From NCBI GenBank assembly GCA_964106915.2, contig OZ066918.1: a stretch of 64,000 nt of DNA, one strand, 5' to 3'. The notes below the pieces were generated by a model. That model had not been told where the DNA came from. It worked only from the letters and a program-made list of their open reading frames with translations, and ran no database searches. The translations under genes were made by a program, and so were the position numbers. The stretch is from Podarcis gaigeae (lineage: Eukaryota). Of this stretch, positions 11,665-24,860 are shown piece after piece (position 1 is the stretch's first letter; each line of letters begins with the position of its first letter).

Positions 11665-14302
11665 ATAGGGAAATGTCCTGGGAAATGTGGGATAATGGTA
11701 AAGTCTGGAAACAGTGGGTGATAAATACCTTATTCAATGAGCTAAATGTCAAACTATATAAAGAAGATTCCTGTGTCTAAATTTTAAGGGTTGAATGCTA
11801 CTCATACAAAGTAGACCGACTGAAAAAAACCCCCATTAATTTCTACTCTGATTAGCACTAATGTAGCATACAATCCAAAGAATCACTATCACTGAGAAAA
11901 CTGCATGTTGACAATGGGATGTGCAGTAGCGGCAAAAGTTATTTGCATTAACTTTTCCCTTATGACCCGAAGGCACAAGAATCACCAGTCCAAATATATC
12001 ATTTAGATAAGGTGAGCAAACCTGTTTCCCTGTCTCAGAAGCATTAGATCTCTCTGGTTTACATGATGATTCTACCCACTGAGAGGAATTTGCACCCCCA
12101 TATGCAAACCCTGAAATCTGAATTGAGTGGAAATGCTGCAGACCCCCCATCCTAGCTCATTCACTGCGGAAGACAGCTGCTTCAATGGCACGGCTGAAGA
12201 GGGACCTGTAACTCGCAGCCTGTGGCGAAAATACGAAATGCCTTCGGAATGATACCAATCATACAAATGCTGAGCACATTTTCAGCGTGTTTGCTTAATC
12301 ATAATAAAATGCTTACCAGCCACAATAAATTAGCACATCCAATCAGCCATTTCCCCTTCAGTCCTGCAGCCCACTGGGAAAACAATTGCTGAATGAGCAG
12401 ATCACTACTGAAAGGCCCGACAGAGCTCTCAGGAAAAGCCCACACAGGCACAAAAGGGGCAGAGTCCACAAAATTATCCCTGGAACAAAGGCTGCTCCTT
12501 GGTCCTCGCATAGCAGTGCACTTTTTCAAGTGGGGGCAAGAGGCTGCTAGTCTTTCAGCTGCATTTCCAGGCACCACAAGAATCTAATGGATGTATTATT
12601 TCCACAGGACTCAGCTTCCACTTGGTCCACGCACGTGAACATGTAGACTGTTGAGAAAACCTTTCCCTCCACACAGACCAGTCACAGCAACGCACCCACC
12701 ATCATTTTAGCCACTCACCACTTTCAGAATGATTATTCTAAGCTGCAGGCATAGTTGCCAAATGATCAATCAATAAATAAAAAGGCACTGGTCTAGCTTT
12801 TGGGATCAGTTACCAGGTGAGTGCACAGGTTTTGTGCTGGCCTCTGCTTTCATACCTACCCACAATGGCTGGGTTCCATCTTTGGGATCCTACTCTAGAC
12901 CCAATCTGGGTTCTATATAAACCAATATGACAAATCAGTTTCATTCAAAAGTGCTGGCGGAGGCCCCATTGCCACCTGTATGGGTGACTGGTGCTACTGC
13001 ATGGGGGCAGCAGCACGCAGTAGTACTGGATGGGAGCCCAGGTTGGTGCTGGGTAGCAGCCCTAACTCCATCCATCCTGACACTGAAAGTGTTCTCCCCT
13101 TCCTGCTAGAGGAGGCTTGGTAGATGGTAATGGTGACACTGGCAAAGAGGATCACTGCAGGTTAAGTCTGCGGTCATTTACTATTGCATGCTGCAACAAT
13201 GTATGAAAGTGATTTGCAAACTGAGGATTTTTTTTCGTTTTTAACCACCTCTGTTTTCAGGACGTTTTATTACATTTGAATTGAGGTACCATCTATGTGT
13301 TCTGGATAATATGCATCCTTCCAGCTTTGAGAAGCCCTGTAGAGCTGCACAAAGAAGCTTTGCTTGAGATCCTGATGGCTGTGGTCTAGTAGTAATTGTA
13401 CCTTAAATTCTTGATATTGAGAAAACAACATGAGAATACATTCTAGCTTGTACCTGCATAGTTTGGGGTGCTTTTCTTTTCTCTTTAGCCTTGCTCTGCA
13501 GCTGAATGCCATTACAAACAAACCTTCTTGTGGCTTGCCTGATCCCAACTGTTGTCCTCCTTTCTGTCACCCCCAACTCTTGTGGTTCTGCCAACATCAC
13601 ACACGTGGATCTGCCCAAGAACCAAGAGGGACTGGTGGATTTTTTACATTTCTTTTGCACACTGAGAGTTGGGCATCTGGTATTTTTCAAAACTCTAAAA
13701 CATTTTAACTGAAAACTGTCCTAAGGAAAACACACACACATACACGAAACCGGAAATGTTTCGATCTGAAATCCCTAATTAAAACCATGCTCCAAATGCT
13801 GACTTAGCCTTTAAAGAAGGAAGTTAAAGAAGAAATGTTGCTTTGCACATACATCCAAGGCAGCATTTGAATAAACCCAGTCATGGCAGGAAAATGCCCA
13901 CGTAGAGCTGAAGTCATGGCCTCTGGCTACATGAAAGCAGCCCCTGAAGACTTGTGTTATGTACCTGATCACCAGCACCAAAGGTCTTATAATTTGGGAA
14001 ATTACACATATCCATACTATCTACCCCCCTAATGATTCAACCCAGTGATTGTATAATTCTTCTCAAATCTGGTTGAACTTAAATGGTCATAAAAGCAAAT
14101 CCCAGAGGCTGGATCAGATGCGTCCTCCCATTTTTGTACTGTTTTGGACTGTTATTACCAAATATCAACAAAATATTTTTGGACTATATTCTATAATATT
14201 ACAGCTCAATGCAACTCTGTTGACATTATCCAACAGCCCTATGGTTTAGTATAGCTGCAGTAGAGTAGGATATCGGCTGTATCTGAAGTCTAGAACAAGG
14301 CA

Positions 14303-14450
14303 CTAGAGGTGGCGGTGAATTTGTATTCAGTTCACATTTAAATGAGAATTTACCTAATGCACATTATCCTATACAGTGCATGGACTGAAACACAGGCATC
14401 CTTTGAAATTTGCACTTCTCCAGATTTTGCAATTCAGTTCCCTAGCCACA
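14303..14450 (-). mobile_element. Terminal fragment of the old TAGGGATG-type hAT MITE family
   Basis: Reverse-complement similarity to the right ends of the copies at 35355-35484, 56130-56229 and 60540-60662. Confidence 0.55.
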
Positions 14451-15889
14451 ATATTACAGTGATGAGTTGGTTCAGCATCCCAATCTAATCCGTGTGTTTT
14501 GTGTGCGTACAGTGTGCTAAGAAAACCCTTATTTCTCAAGTACTACATTGTTGGCATCAGCTCACTTGTGTTAACCCTTCTAAAGAAAGACAACTGACCC
14601 ACTACATGTTTCCACTTGTTCAACAGAAATGGATAACCTCAGATCTGCAACCGCCCACAGATGGTCAAGAGGTACCCAATATACTAAAAGCTATAGCAAT
14701 GGCCGATGCAATAGTGGGCATCCTTGCCTAACCCAGTTCCTACAATATACCTTATCCTCGGATACCTCTCCATTTGTCTTTTCCCCTTCCTGGCCTATTT
14801 TTAAACAGGACAACCCAGCAACACTTTCTAAAGTTTAGCCTCTATGTTAGACAGTGGGTGATAAGTGATGGGCCATGGTGCCTTTCCTCCAGAGAGGTGG
14901 CAAACACATTCAAAGCAATTCTCAATAGACAGGAAGAGGAATGAGATGGCTTCCCCCAACTCCAACAGAAACGCAGCACAGATTCTATCAACACGCCATT
15001 CTTATTACTGTTGTCTTTTGTACAAATATTACCGCCCAAATATTTTCCCTGTTTCGAGCTTATGAGTACCATTAAAGTGGAAAACAAGAGGGGAGGATTA
15101 GGTTAATGGTGTCATTGGCCTGCCCTTTGAGACAGGGATTGTACAAATATCTTGTCAGAGTTTAAACCTGATTAGATGAAAGAACGAGCTGCTACTAAAG
15201 CCCCCAAAGGAATTTGATTCCTGCCAGAGCAACTTGCAAGGAGAGACAGCCCTTGGCGGAGAGGGGAGCAAAAGGTCAACATCCCGCAGTAAAGCATTTT
15301 CAGGTTTAACTGAACACATCTTGAGCTTTATCTACTACAGTATTCCTTAAAGCCACATTTTAAAATCAAGTAATACAAATATGAACATCGCCTTAGTCAA
15401 ACAAATATTCCAAAACTGAACAGCAGTTTCTAACTAAATAACTCCCCAAACCATCCATCTAATCCACACATGGCATGTAATAGAGGCAGGGGGGCAGGGA
15501 CTTCTAGGCTCCTTAAATGCAGAGCACATGGGCAGCGTTTGAAGAAGCAGGCATGAAAAAAGGTGAGAGCTTGTGGTGTGTACAGTAGCATTAAGGTGTC
15601 TGGTTCAACTCCCCTGTATATCAAAAGAAGCCTGTATAGTTATTGTCCTTGAATCTTCCCACTTTAATGGCAAAGCTATCAGTTACCAAGCTTTTTTCTG
15701 ACAGCTCTGTACTTGGCCAGAAGAGTCCTATTTGCTTAATTAATTGCCCACAAGATACAGAACTTGCTTTGATGTGTAACAAAACCTGCTACTATGAATT
15801 TCCCAATAGAATTGTAATCCTGTTGTAGGTGTGATTCTGTAGCAAATCGGCTCTTATCATTAATGTTGAGATATCTAATTTATCTCACT

Positions 15890-16142
15890 GCCAAGGAAAA
15901 ATAATAAATGAATAGAAAGAGAACCTACCCAAGTGACGTAGACACAAAACTTCCACATAAACTAAGTAAATGAATATAAATTTTACTATCCCACCCCTCT
16001 TCCCCTTTCTTTACTACACACTAATGTCTCACATCAAATTTAATTGATCTGTAGAAAAGACTCTACAACCTGAAAAAAGAGGCAATGCACATACTTTTGT
16101 AAACCAAGAAAATATTTAATAAAAATTCTTTTTTAAAAAAAT
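15890..16142 (+). mobile_element. Probable L1/Tx1-like LINE 3' end
   Basis: A-rich UTR-like segment ending in aataaa plus an A-rich tail. No diagnostic protein motif. Confidence 0.35.
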
Positions 16143-16284
16143 ATCTAATTTGCACTGAAAATATCAGGTTAGAAGGAGGATCACTGGTAGAAATTATGTT
16201 GCTCAGTCTTCCAAACTAGTGCATATGCATGTGTGTGTACTCTCTCTCTCTCTAAAATATTCATGTAATGCATTTCCCCTAAAT

Positions 16285-16417
16285 CAGGCTTCCTCAAACT
16301 CAGTCCTCCAGATGTTTTGAGACTACAATTCCCATCGTCCCTGACCACATCTGCTAGCTAGGGATCATGGGAGTTGTAGGCCAAAAACATTTGGAGGGCT
16401 GAGGTTGAGGACGCCTG
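16285..16417. mobile_element. hAT MITE (133 bp) with perfect 8-bp TSD, nested in an old hAT-family relic
   Basis: TIRs caggcttcctcaa / ttgaggacgcctg. TSD ccctaaat at 16277-16284 and 16418-16425. Confidence 0.9.
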
Positions 16418-16442
16418 CCCTAAATTATATGCATTTTGTAAG

Positions 16443-16496
16443 GGGTGGGTGGGTTGGTTGGTTGGTTGGTTGGTTGGTTGGTTGGTTGGTTGGTTG
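16443..16496. repeat. (GGGT)n/(GGTT)n microsatellite
   Basis: Direct reading of the sequence. Confidence 0.95.
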
Positions 16497-16857
16497 AAGA
16501 ACTGCATCACCAAATTTGGGAGTCCTCTGGGAGGTAGAGTGGGATTTAAATTTAATAAAATAAAAAATAAAATGAATAAAGCATCAACCGATCAACACTG
16601 GTCAGTGAGCATATATGCATGGCACTCAGCAATTCTAAAGAAAATAAATTACATAGATTTGATGCTAAATATTGGACCCATCCAATCAGCAAGTGTTTTC
16701 TGAGAAAGCAGCTGTAGCTGCTTTTGCTACAGCACCATACTGGAGCATTTGACTGCAGAATAGGCTACAGGCCCTTTAAATGTTGCCAACAGCTCTCCTG
16801 CGGGAGAGGGAGAGCCACTGGAAGTCAAGTGCTGACAGCCTTTTAAAGACTTTATAT

Positions 16858-17020
16858 ACGTGTTTCCCAACCGAGGGCCGTATGGTTCGGGGGGCGGCAG
16901 CAAAATATTCCAAGGGGGCCAAAGGTGAAAATAACATAAATAAAATATTCCAAGGGGGCCACAGAAGCAAGTGAGAAGTGAAGGGGAAAAAAATCATTTT
17001 AAAATTTTAAAAAAAAATCT
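16858..17020. mobile_element. Probable hAT/Charlie-like terminal fragment
   Basis: Starts gtgtttcccaacc (resembles the Charlie TIR CAGTGTTTCCCAACC). Internal 20-bp repeat aaaatattccaagggggcca x2. Confidence 0.4.
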
Positions 17021-17644
17021 TGATTGACTGACTATCTGCTTGGCTAATCACAAGCGGATAAGGGGGCGGCTCACCAGGGCCTAACTCTCCTTTTTGCCAC
17101 ATGTGTTTTCTTCTAACAGTCCTGCTTTGTTTCCGGAAGGAGAGGGCTATCACTGAGGCTCCCGTTTTGACCAGTAGAGCCCATGATCCAGAACCCCCTT
17201 TTGGCTGCATTACGTATATGCTTGCAGCTCTATAACCTGACACTTTGGAGAAGAAGGGATTAGTAGTTGACATGCTTAAAATTTATATTGCATCAGATCA
17301 TTCCCCATGTGCTAAGTAATGGGAGGGTTGGGGGTCAGTTTCTGTAACTTGCAGCATTTCACTGCATAGCAAGAGCCATAAACAACTAAGTGATACCCAT
17401 TCCAAAGGCCATCAAACAAGATGTCCTAGTTCTCTTCTCCTGCTGCCACCAAAAGCTTTAAACCAGCCTCCAACACAAAACAGAACTAGGAGGTTTCCTG
17501 GAATGCTTCAAAGAGGATGTATCCTCAAGGCATCTAACATTCAGACCACACTCGTCTCCAGAGCAAGATCTCAAAAGTGCAACATCTGGGAACCTTAGGA
17601 TTGCAAGGTTGGTAATCATTCTCATGGATATGAGTATGCCTATA

Positions 17645-17780
17645 AATACCAGTTGCTGAGAATCATAAGAGGGAGAGTGCTATGCTTTGCTTATGGGCTT
17701 CCTATGAGCATCTATCTCATTGGCCTCTGTGAGACTAGATGGGTCCTAGGATTTATTCAGCACTGTTCTTCTAATGTTTT
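17645..17780 (+). mobile_element. Degraded CR1-group 3' end
   Basis: Similar to 3995-4150. Confidence 0.5.
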
Positions 17781-20417
17781 AATGAGCAAGAGGGACGAGT
17801 AAGACAGAAGAGGAAAGGTTCATTCATGCGAACCAGTGCCTTCACCAGCAGAAAGGATTCTTAGTGAGAGAGATGGATAAGAGTGAACTGCAACAATAAG
17901 ATGAGCAGGAAAAGCAAGGAGGGAGGTTATTTTTTTCACATAGGATTCACAACATTCTTCTGAAAATTCAATTTAACTGTCCTGTTCTCGTTTGCTAACC
18001 AGAACCAATTTAATTGTAAATCTACACGCAGAGCCTACGGGATTGGGGGTGGATGGAATATTTTGCAATGGTTCTTAGCTCCCAGTTGGGAGACAAGAGT
18101 GCAACTTAACTGCTTTCAATTCTGCTGTAGTAAACTTCCCAGTTTCCTGAGTAAGAGCTCCCCTCCCAACCTGGGACAGACGTTGCTCCCTTACAATACA
18201 CCCTGGGCAAAATAAAATTAAATAAGGGACTATTTTTCCTAGAGACAAATAGGAAAATCCCACCTGACTTGCCTGTAGAAGACATGCAGCAGGTATCCAG
18301 TGGAGCTATTTGTTTTGGTCAAGACTGATTCCCACCATGCACACACCTACCCAAATGTGCCAGGACATTCTCAAGAGGTATGAGAAAAACCTGACTCACT
18401 TTAACTCATTTAATTCAGAGTGGGAAGCCAACTAAGGCATGTTTCCATCACTGCCCACTCTCAGGAACACATTGCCAGTATCGGCATGTACAAGGGTTCC
18501 TTGGTTTCATGCCTTGTTGTGACAGTTTAGTAAACAACCTGATAAAATCAAGCACTTTCCAAAGGAAAATCCATTGCACTCAAGATCACTGGCTCGTCTG
18601 GTTCTGCTTACCATCTGCACAGGCTTATTTGGAACAACATAACAAATTTCGTTTCCTGGTCTCCTTCAATGTAAATAGGTCCATTAAGCTATAAGGGTGT
18701 TTACATTCTGGAAGATAGTTGCAGCTTTTCTTCTGATTACCCACAGCCCATAGCTAGTATTCCAGCTGCTCCTCTGCAGTCAGTGCTCTGTTACCTCCTG
18801 CTGGAAGAGGTGCTGCTTATAGGGCTGCAAGCATATACATAATGCAGCCAAAAGGCAAAATATACAGATTTTAATAAATTGGTACATACGCTCTATGACG
18901 ACTAAATTATCCAGCTTGTGACTGACACAATGGGCCAGAAGGAGACTGTTTGTGCCAGCAGGTCAGGACTCAGTGTTATACAAATATTATACAAAGCAAC
19001 CAGAGCTGTCCAAGCTAGTTTTATCATCAGAAAGAACACTACTCTTGAAAGTGCCAAACCCTCAAGCAGTAATATTTGGCAGATGGTGAAATTAGCAGCA
19101 ATATCATAGTCTGGAAAGCCTTTGACCAGTATTTGGACATGAAATACCCAAATCAACAGTGCCATGAACTGTTGTCTTACTCTGGTTCTGGAGGCATCTT
19201 AAAAGGGTGGAGTGCGTGTGTGTAAAATAATACTCTATGACCCTCATAGCACAGCATGCAATATCCTCACACAGGGTGAGACCCAGTAGAAATGCTGTTC
19301 TGCGGGTGCCAGAGGGATCAGCTCATTCCCCTCCCCCTGCTTATAGAAAAAGCCAAGACCAAGAGAAGGCCTCCAGAAAGCCTATCCGTAATGGCTCAAG
19401 ATGTTCTGGGTGTTTGGCATGAGGCTGGCAAAATAGCTCACAGGGGTTTTTCGTTATTTGCCAAGGCTGTGAAAAGATTTTATACTCCTTGATGAACCCA
19501 TGTTGTTGAGCAACTGAAGTTGTTTTCCTTTACTTGCATGGGGCTATTACTCACTCTTAGCCTGGCTTGTTCAGAAAAATAAGAATACCAAGTGTCCCCA
19601 TTTGGAAACAATAACACAGGATAAGTCTGGGCAGTTGACTGTGGAAGCCAGGTCACACATTCCCTTTTAATGGGATCTTCAGAACATATTTTCACAGGAT
19701 TATCTTTGTGCTGGTTAGAGAGCAAATGTTTTCAAAAAAGACACTCTGTCCCACAAAATGGAGGGAACTCATTAGTGGAGAGCTGACATCATAAAGTCCA
19801 TCTTACTCACCACAGGCTCTTATGTTCACTTTATATAATTATGCTGGCATGAAAACCTTGCCTTGGTCCCTCCACTCGCCTCAACTTATCAAAGCAACAA
19901 GGATTTCATCCATTAAGATTTTGTGCTTCATGGACACCATTTCACTGCCAATCTTAGCAGAAAGAGCTCTCTGCTGTTCTTTGTATGCCTCTTCTCCCTT
20001 CTGCTTTTGTTTAATTTAGGAAAGCATTTTTAAAAGCTTTTGCACAAAGAACACTGATGCGTATTGGATTTCAGTCCCATGAATACTCAAGATGGAGGCC
20101 TCAGCATTGTTACAGACAGCAGTTGTGAGAGAGAATTTTATGTGAGTACGATCAGTTCTCCTAGACCACAAGGATGAAGCACATGCCAATGGGCCTACTT
20201 TGTTGCTAATCTTCTGCCAAATCCAGCACACACAATTCAAGAAAAAAGTGCTCTTATAATGTCTGGAGATTTGAAATGTTTGGATGATATGGATATTAAA
20301 TATTACTACAGTAATTAACACAAGCATGTGACTATTAATATCAATTAACCAATTGCCTGTATAATCAGGGAATGTTCAGCAAACATTGGCATAGCAATTT
20401 GTGCCTCATAATTAATA

Positions 20418-20781
20418 AAGGTAAAGGTAAAGGTACCCCTGCCCGTACGGGCCAGTCTTGACAGACTCTGGGGTTGTGCGCCCATCTCACTTAAGAGGCC
20501 AGGGGCCAGCGCTGTCCGGAGACACTTCCGGGTCACGTGGCCAGCGTGACATCGCTGCTCTGGCAAGCCAGAGCCGCACACGGAAACGCCGTTTACCTTC
20601 CCGCTGGTAAGCGGTCCCTATTTATCTACTTGCACCCAGAGGTGCTTTCGAACTGCTAGGTTGGCAGGCGCTGGGACCGAGCAGCAGGAGCGCACCCCGC
20701 CGCAGGGATTCGAACCGCCGACCTTTCGATCGGCAAGTCCTAGGTGCTGAGGCTTTAACCCACAGCGCCACCTGCGTCCCT
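20418..20781 (-). mobile_element. Full-length Sauria SINE (tRNA-derived, Bov-B-type tail)
   Basis: 5' GGGACGCAGGTGGCGCTGTGGGTTAAA, B box GGTTCGAATCC, 3' (ACCTTT)n tail. 13-bp TSD ctcataattaata at 20405-20417 and 20782-20794. Many intact CpGs. Confidence 0.95.
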
Positions 20782-23399
20782 CTCATAATTAATAGAAATG
20801 CTTAAATACTTCTTCATCTCATGATGCCATTACTGAAAGGATGATTCCCAGCCTGTGGCTAACAATTTAAAACAGGGCCCAGACACATATATGGGCCAGG
20901 ACAGATGTTTCAAAATACCAAGGCAAAGGATACAAGCAAAGTTAGGAAGAATACAATGTGAGAGAATAAAATTAGAGAGATACAGTGGGCTGCAGGTGTC
21001 CACACTGTGTTAGAGAACATGGTGGCTAATTTAGGCTAATGGTTTGCAAAAAGGGTACTTCATGAAGCAAAGCAACAGAGTAGCAGCTAACAGGCCAGTA
21101 AGGAACCAGGGCAAGGAACCAAGGTAAGTATGCTCTAAGAAGGCTAGTGTGCTAACATGAGCATTTACAGGCAAAACTTGAAGTAAATAGGGTGCTTATC
21201 CTCCTGCAAAGAAGACATTCCAGGAAATTTTAATCATTTTCCCACAGCCAGGCTTCAAAACAGGATGAAAGCCAACTAGGGTAAAATTGTTTAGGGGGGT
21301 ATGTAGTGGAGAATCAGTAGGCACAGGACGGGGTGAATTAAGAACACCTATCTGTCCATTGATCCAACTACAGTATTACCATTATCTTAGTTGACATGGG
21401 GTTAAAAGCATGTGCTTGCTGAGATAATGTACACATTTTGCCCTTGGGCTTCCTGGGTACAAAAGGAAGTGATCCAGCACACCTGGTGCAAATGGAGAAA
21501 AGCTCTCTAGGCAACTTTTATTTTTGATCATTCTGGCCTTGTGGATGGGATTATATGAAATAGGAAGTTGGGGAATTTGCTTTTATCCTTTTCTAACACC
21601 GTTTCAACTTCTGGCTCTCCACACAGGCCTTGGTCATTCTCAAAGCATAATCACTAAGAACATAATTTCTAAAACAATAATCACTAAGAAAATGAGGGGG
21701 GGAGCCTTCAGCTCCTTCACTGGAGAAAAATTGCAAATGTCCATGGCATCATTTATATGCACATCCAAAGGCAAAGCTAAATAGTGCTATTATCTAATGG
21801 AGAGCCAGTGTGGAGCAGGTTGAATTGGCAATGGTAACATCTCAAGAAGAGAAAAACAACAACATGTTTTTGCTGAACCCAGATGAGTCTAAAAAAATTG
21901 TTTTTAGCAGGAAAGCCTAGAAAGGAACACAACATATTTCATTTTGAATAGGTACTGGGTGGGCAGCCCAGTTGCTAAATCATCAGCCCTCTTCTTCACA
22001 AGCTGTTGTCCTTGTAGGCTAGAAGGCTACATGTATTATTTCATGTTGCTATACAGCTGTTATGGCAACTGACAGTCTGCACTCTAAAGAGGAACAATCT
22101 GGGATCCAGAAATATTCTGCAAATAAGTACCACCCTGTTGTTGCTGCCACCCTCATGAAAGCAGCACAAACCTCAACTCTGGGGGCAATGGCTTGGAATG
22201 CAAATGTAAGTCAAGTATATCAATCTGCATTGGTTCATCAAGACTTTTGCTGAGGTGTAGTAAAAACAGTGAACAGTCTACAGACTAAATAATCAGGTCG
22301 TCTCAGGTTATTTTTGGACTGGAGTGGATGGAGTTGGCCTAATAAAGGTGGCAAAGAGTCTTAGGCACCCGATACAGGCACCCGAGCTAACATTTTGAAT
22401 TCATGACAGGGTGCTAAAAACAGAACAACAGAAAGGAAAACAGTAAGGAAAGAAGTAAATATTGAAACCTCATTGGCCAGTTGCCACCTTCCCCAGCTGC
22501 CTGACCACTTCTGATTCCTTTTTTTTTATTTGCATTTTCTTTGAAAGGGAGAAGCCAGACTCCCTGCAGTGCCATCCCCTGCAAGAGGTTATTTTCCTGG
22601 AATATGCTACTTTTCCATGGACTGGATTTCCCCCCCATTCTCAGAAAGAAAAGCATCTGCTTCAGTTGTGCTATTGGCTTTAAGTCCTGCTCCAGCTTTG
22701 GAAACTCTGAACATAATATAATCCCAAACACGCTTACATACACACAAATGCACACCAATATTTCGTAAGTGAAGAAAGAAAATTTATATATATTTGGCCT
22801 TTCTAGCATCTAGTGACAAAGGCGGCCCTCCCTTTCCTCTACCCATCCACCACAGAGATGAGGATCAGGTGATGATTATCAGAAACAATTGGCTCTGCTC
22901 TCCCAATTCACATCTATTAATATAGTTTGTGCTTACCATAGCCCAGCACACTTCTCGGTTTGTTACAATAGTGAAAAGTTTCCCGTACATAAATTGATGG
23001 AATTCTTTAATGTGAGGCTCTCTTCTTCAAGCTACAGATCACGACACTTTTTATTTATACTTAATGGCTCATACCCAAAGGGACATTCCACCTTATTGTT
23101 CAATGAGCAACACCGATCCTACTTCATGATAAAATATATAGGAAATGATTGCTTCTTTATGGGATTAAAATGCACCAAGAGCTCTGAGCATCTGAGTTAA
23201 CAACTTTGATATTTGGAATGCTTCTTATTTTCACTTGTCCCAGTGCCTCTTCTTGTTATCATTTCCAAAACAGGGACAGCCAATGTTTTAGTGTTACTGC
23301 ACTATAATAATAAAGGTTTCTTCAGCTATGTTTGAAGCAAGAGGAGAAACAAGCAAGTAATAAATCATATGCATGGAGAAGATGGAGAAATGCTATTGG

Positions 23400-23965
23400 G
23401 TGGCAGAGAGAAAGTGGAACCACTCAACACCTACTTTGCCTCTGTTTTTCTTCCAAAAGGAAACAATGCCCAACTGGTGGCAACAGAAAAAATGATACAA
23501 GGAGGGAGCTGAAGCCCAAGATAGGAAAATAGGTGGCAAGGAAACACCTAGCTACTTTAAATGAATTCAAATCTCCAGAGCCTGGTGAGCTGCACCCAAG
23601 GGTACTAAAGAATCTTGCAGATTTAATCTCAGAGCCTCTGTCTATAATCTCTGAGAATTATGGGAGAATGGGTGAAGTCCCTGTGGACTGGAGGCGGGCA
23701 AATGTTGTCTCCATCCTCAAAAAGGAGTAAAAAGAAGACTCAGGTAACTACTGACTGGTGACCTGGACATTGATACCAGGAAAGGTCTTAGAAAAGATAA
23801 TTCCACAGTTGGTCTGCGAGCACTTAGAAAAGGGTGATGTGATTTCTCAAAAACAAGTCATGCCAGACAATCTCATTTCTGGTTTCTTTCTTTTTTTATA
23901 GAGTTACAAAGCTTGGTGGATCGGGGAATGCTATGGACATTGTATATAACTTGATTTCAGGCAAG
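23400..23965 (+). mobile_element. Degraded CR1 ORF2 fragment (linker to early RT)
   Basis: LNEFKSPEPGELHPRVLKNLADLISEPLSII...VPVDWRRANVVSILKK, ending near the DFSKA motif. Contains stops and frameshifts. Confidence 0.85.
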
Positions 23966-24290
23966 CCTCTCTGAGGAGACCATTCCATAGATGGGGTCCT
24001 GCCACCAAGAAGGCCCTCATCCTAGTCACCTAGTCACCATCCACCACAACCTCATTCAGTGGGGCAACCTGAGAAGAGCTTCTGGCAATGATCAAAGTAA
24101 ACTGAAGGGATACATTCCCAGTGTCCAATCCCCATTAGCAATCTTGCAGTTATATTCTGAATGAACTTCGCTATTTTGGATAATCTTCAAAGGCAGCCCC
24201 ATGCACACCTCATTACAGTAGTCTAATTTTGAGGTTACCAGACCATGGATAAGCATGACAAAGCTGTTTTGTCTAGAAGGGGTTACAGCT
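23966..24290 (-). mobile_element. L2-type LINE fragment
   Basis: cattacagtagtctaattttgaggttacc is the reverse of VTSKLDYCN; ggggtcctgccaccaagaaggccct is a typical L2 3' region. Confidence 0.65.
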
Positions 24291-24299
24291 ATTGTGAGG

Positions 24300-24860
24300 T
24301 TTGTACGCTGTTCATGTATTCCATCTGGGTTTTTTTAGAATGTAGGTGTAAATCCTTTAAGTTCCTCACCGCTGTTGCCAATTTGGACCAAGTCAGGTTT
24401 CCTTTTGCCAGCAAACTGCCTTTGAATTTTATCGTTGTTCACTCCACAAACAAACCCCTCTCTCAACATATCCTCCAGGACATTGCCAAGTGAGCAGCGT
24501 GCAGCTAACTTTTTGAGTTCAGCCACATATTCGCCACATATTCAGATATATACTTCCCTTGCCTTCTTATCCTATAATGGAATTTAAAACATTCTACAGT
24601 AATGTTAGACTGTGGGGTATAATGTTCTCTTACAATCTTCTGCAGATCTGCCAGATTTTGTCTTCTGGCTTCTGAGATTGCAACAAACTTCTCAAGAGGG
24701 AGCATGTTTTACAGAAGAAGACTGGCTTCTGTTTGTCCTGATCATTAAAACAGTGGCCTAATCTTTCAACATATTGCTGCCAAATTCTCATTCTCTGGAT
24801 CAAATTCTTCAACTTTCCAATAAGATTGCTGGAATTTCTTACTACTACTTTTATATAGGA
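24300..24860 (-). mobile_element. Gypsy LTR-retrotransposon gag relic (Mag-like), frameshifted
   Basis: Stitched ORFs: WQQYVERL...SLLRSLL...IVREHYTPQSNITVECFKFH.RIRRQG..ISEYVA / ELKKLAARC...LEDMLR..FVCGVNNDKIQRQ. Confidence 0.8.

Noticed and set aside
20700-20781. tRNA gene
   Set aside because: The A/B boxes belong to the SINE head. The same applies to 39483-39545.
23400-23965. CR1 fragment ending near DFSKA as the missing part of the CR1 that starts just after that motif at 323
   Set aside because: It is far more degraded, 22 kb away and in the wrong order, so the match is most likely coincidence.
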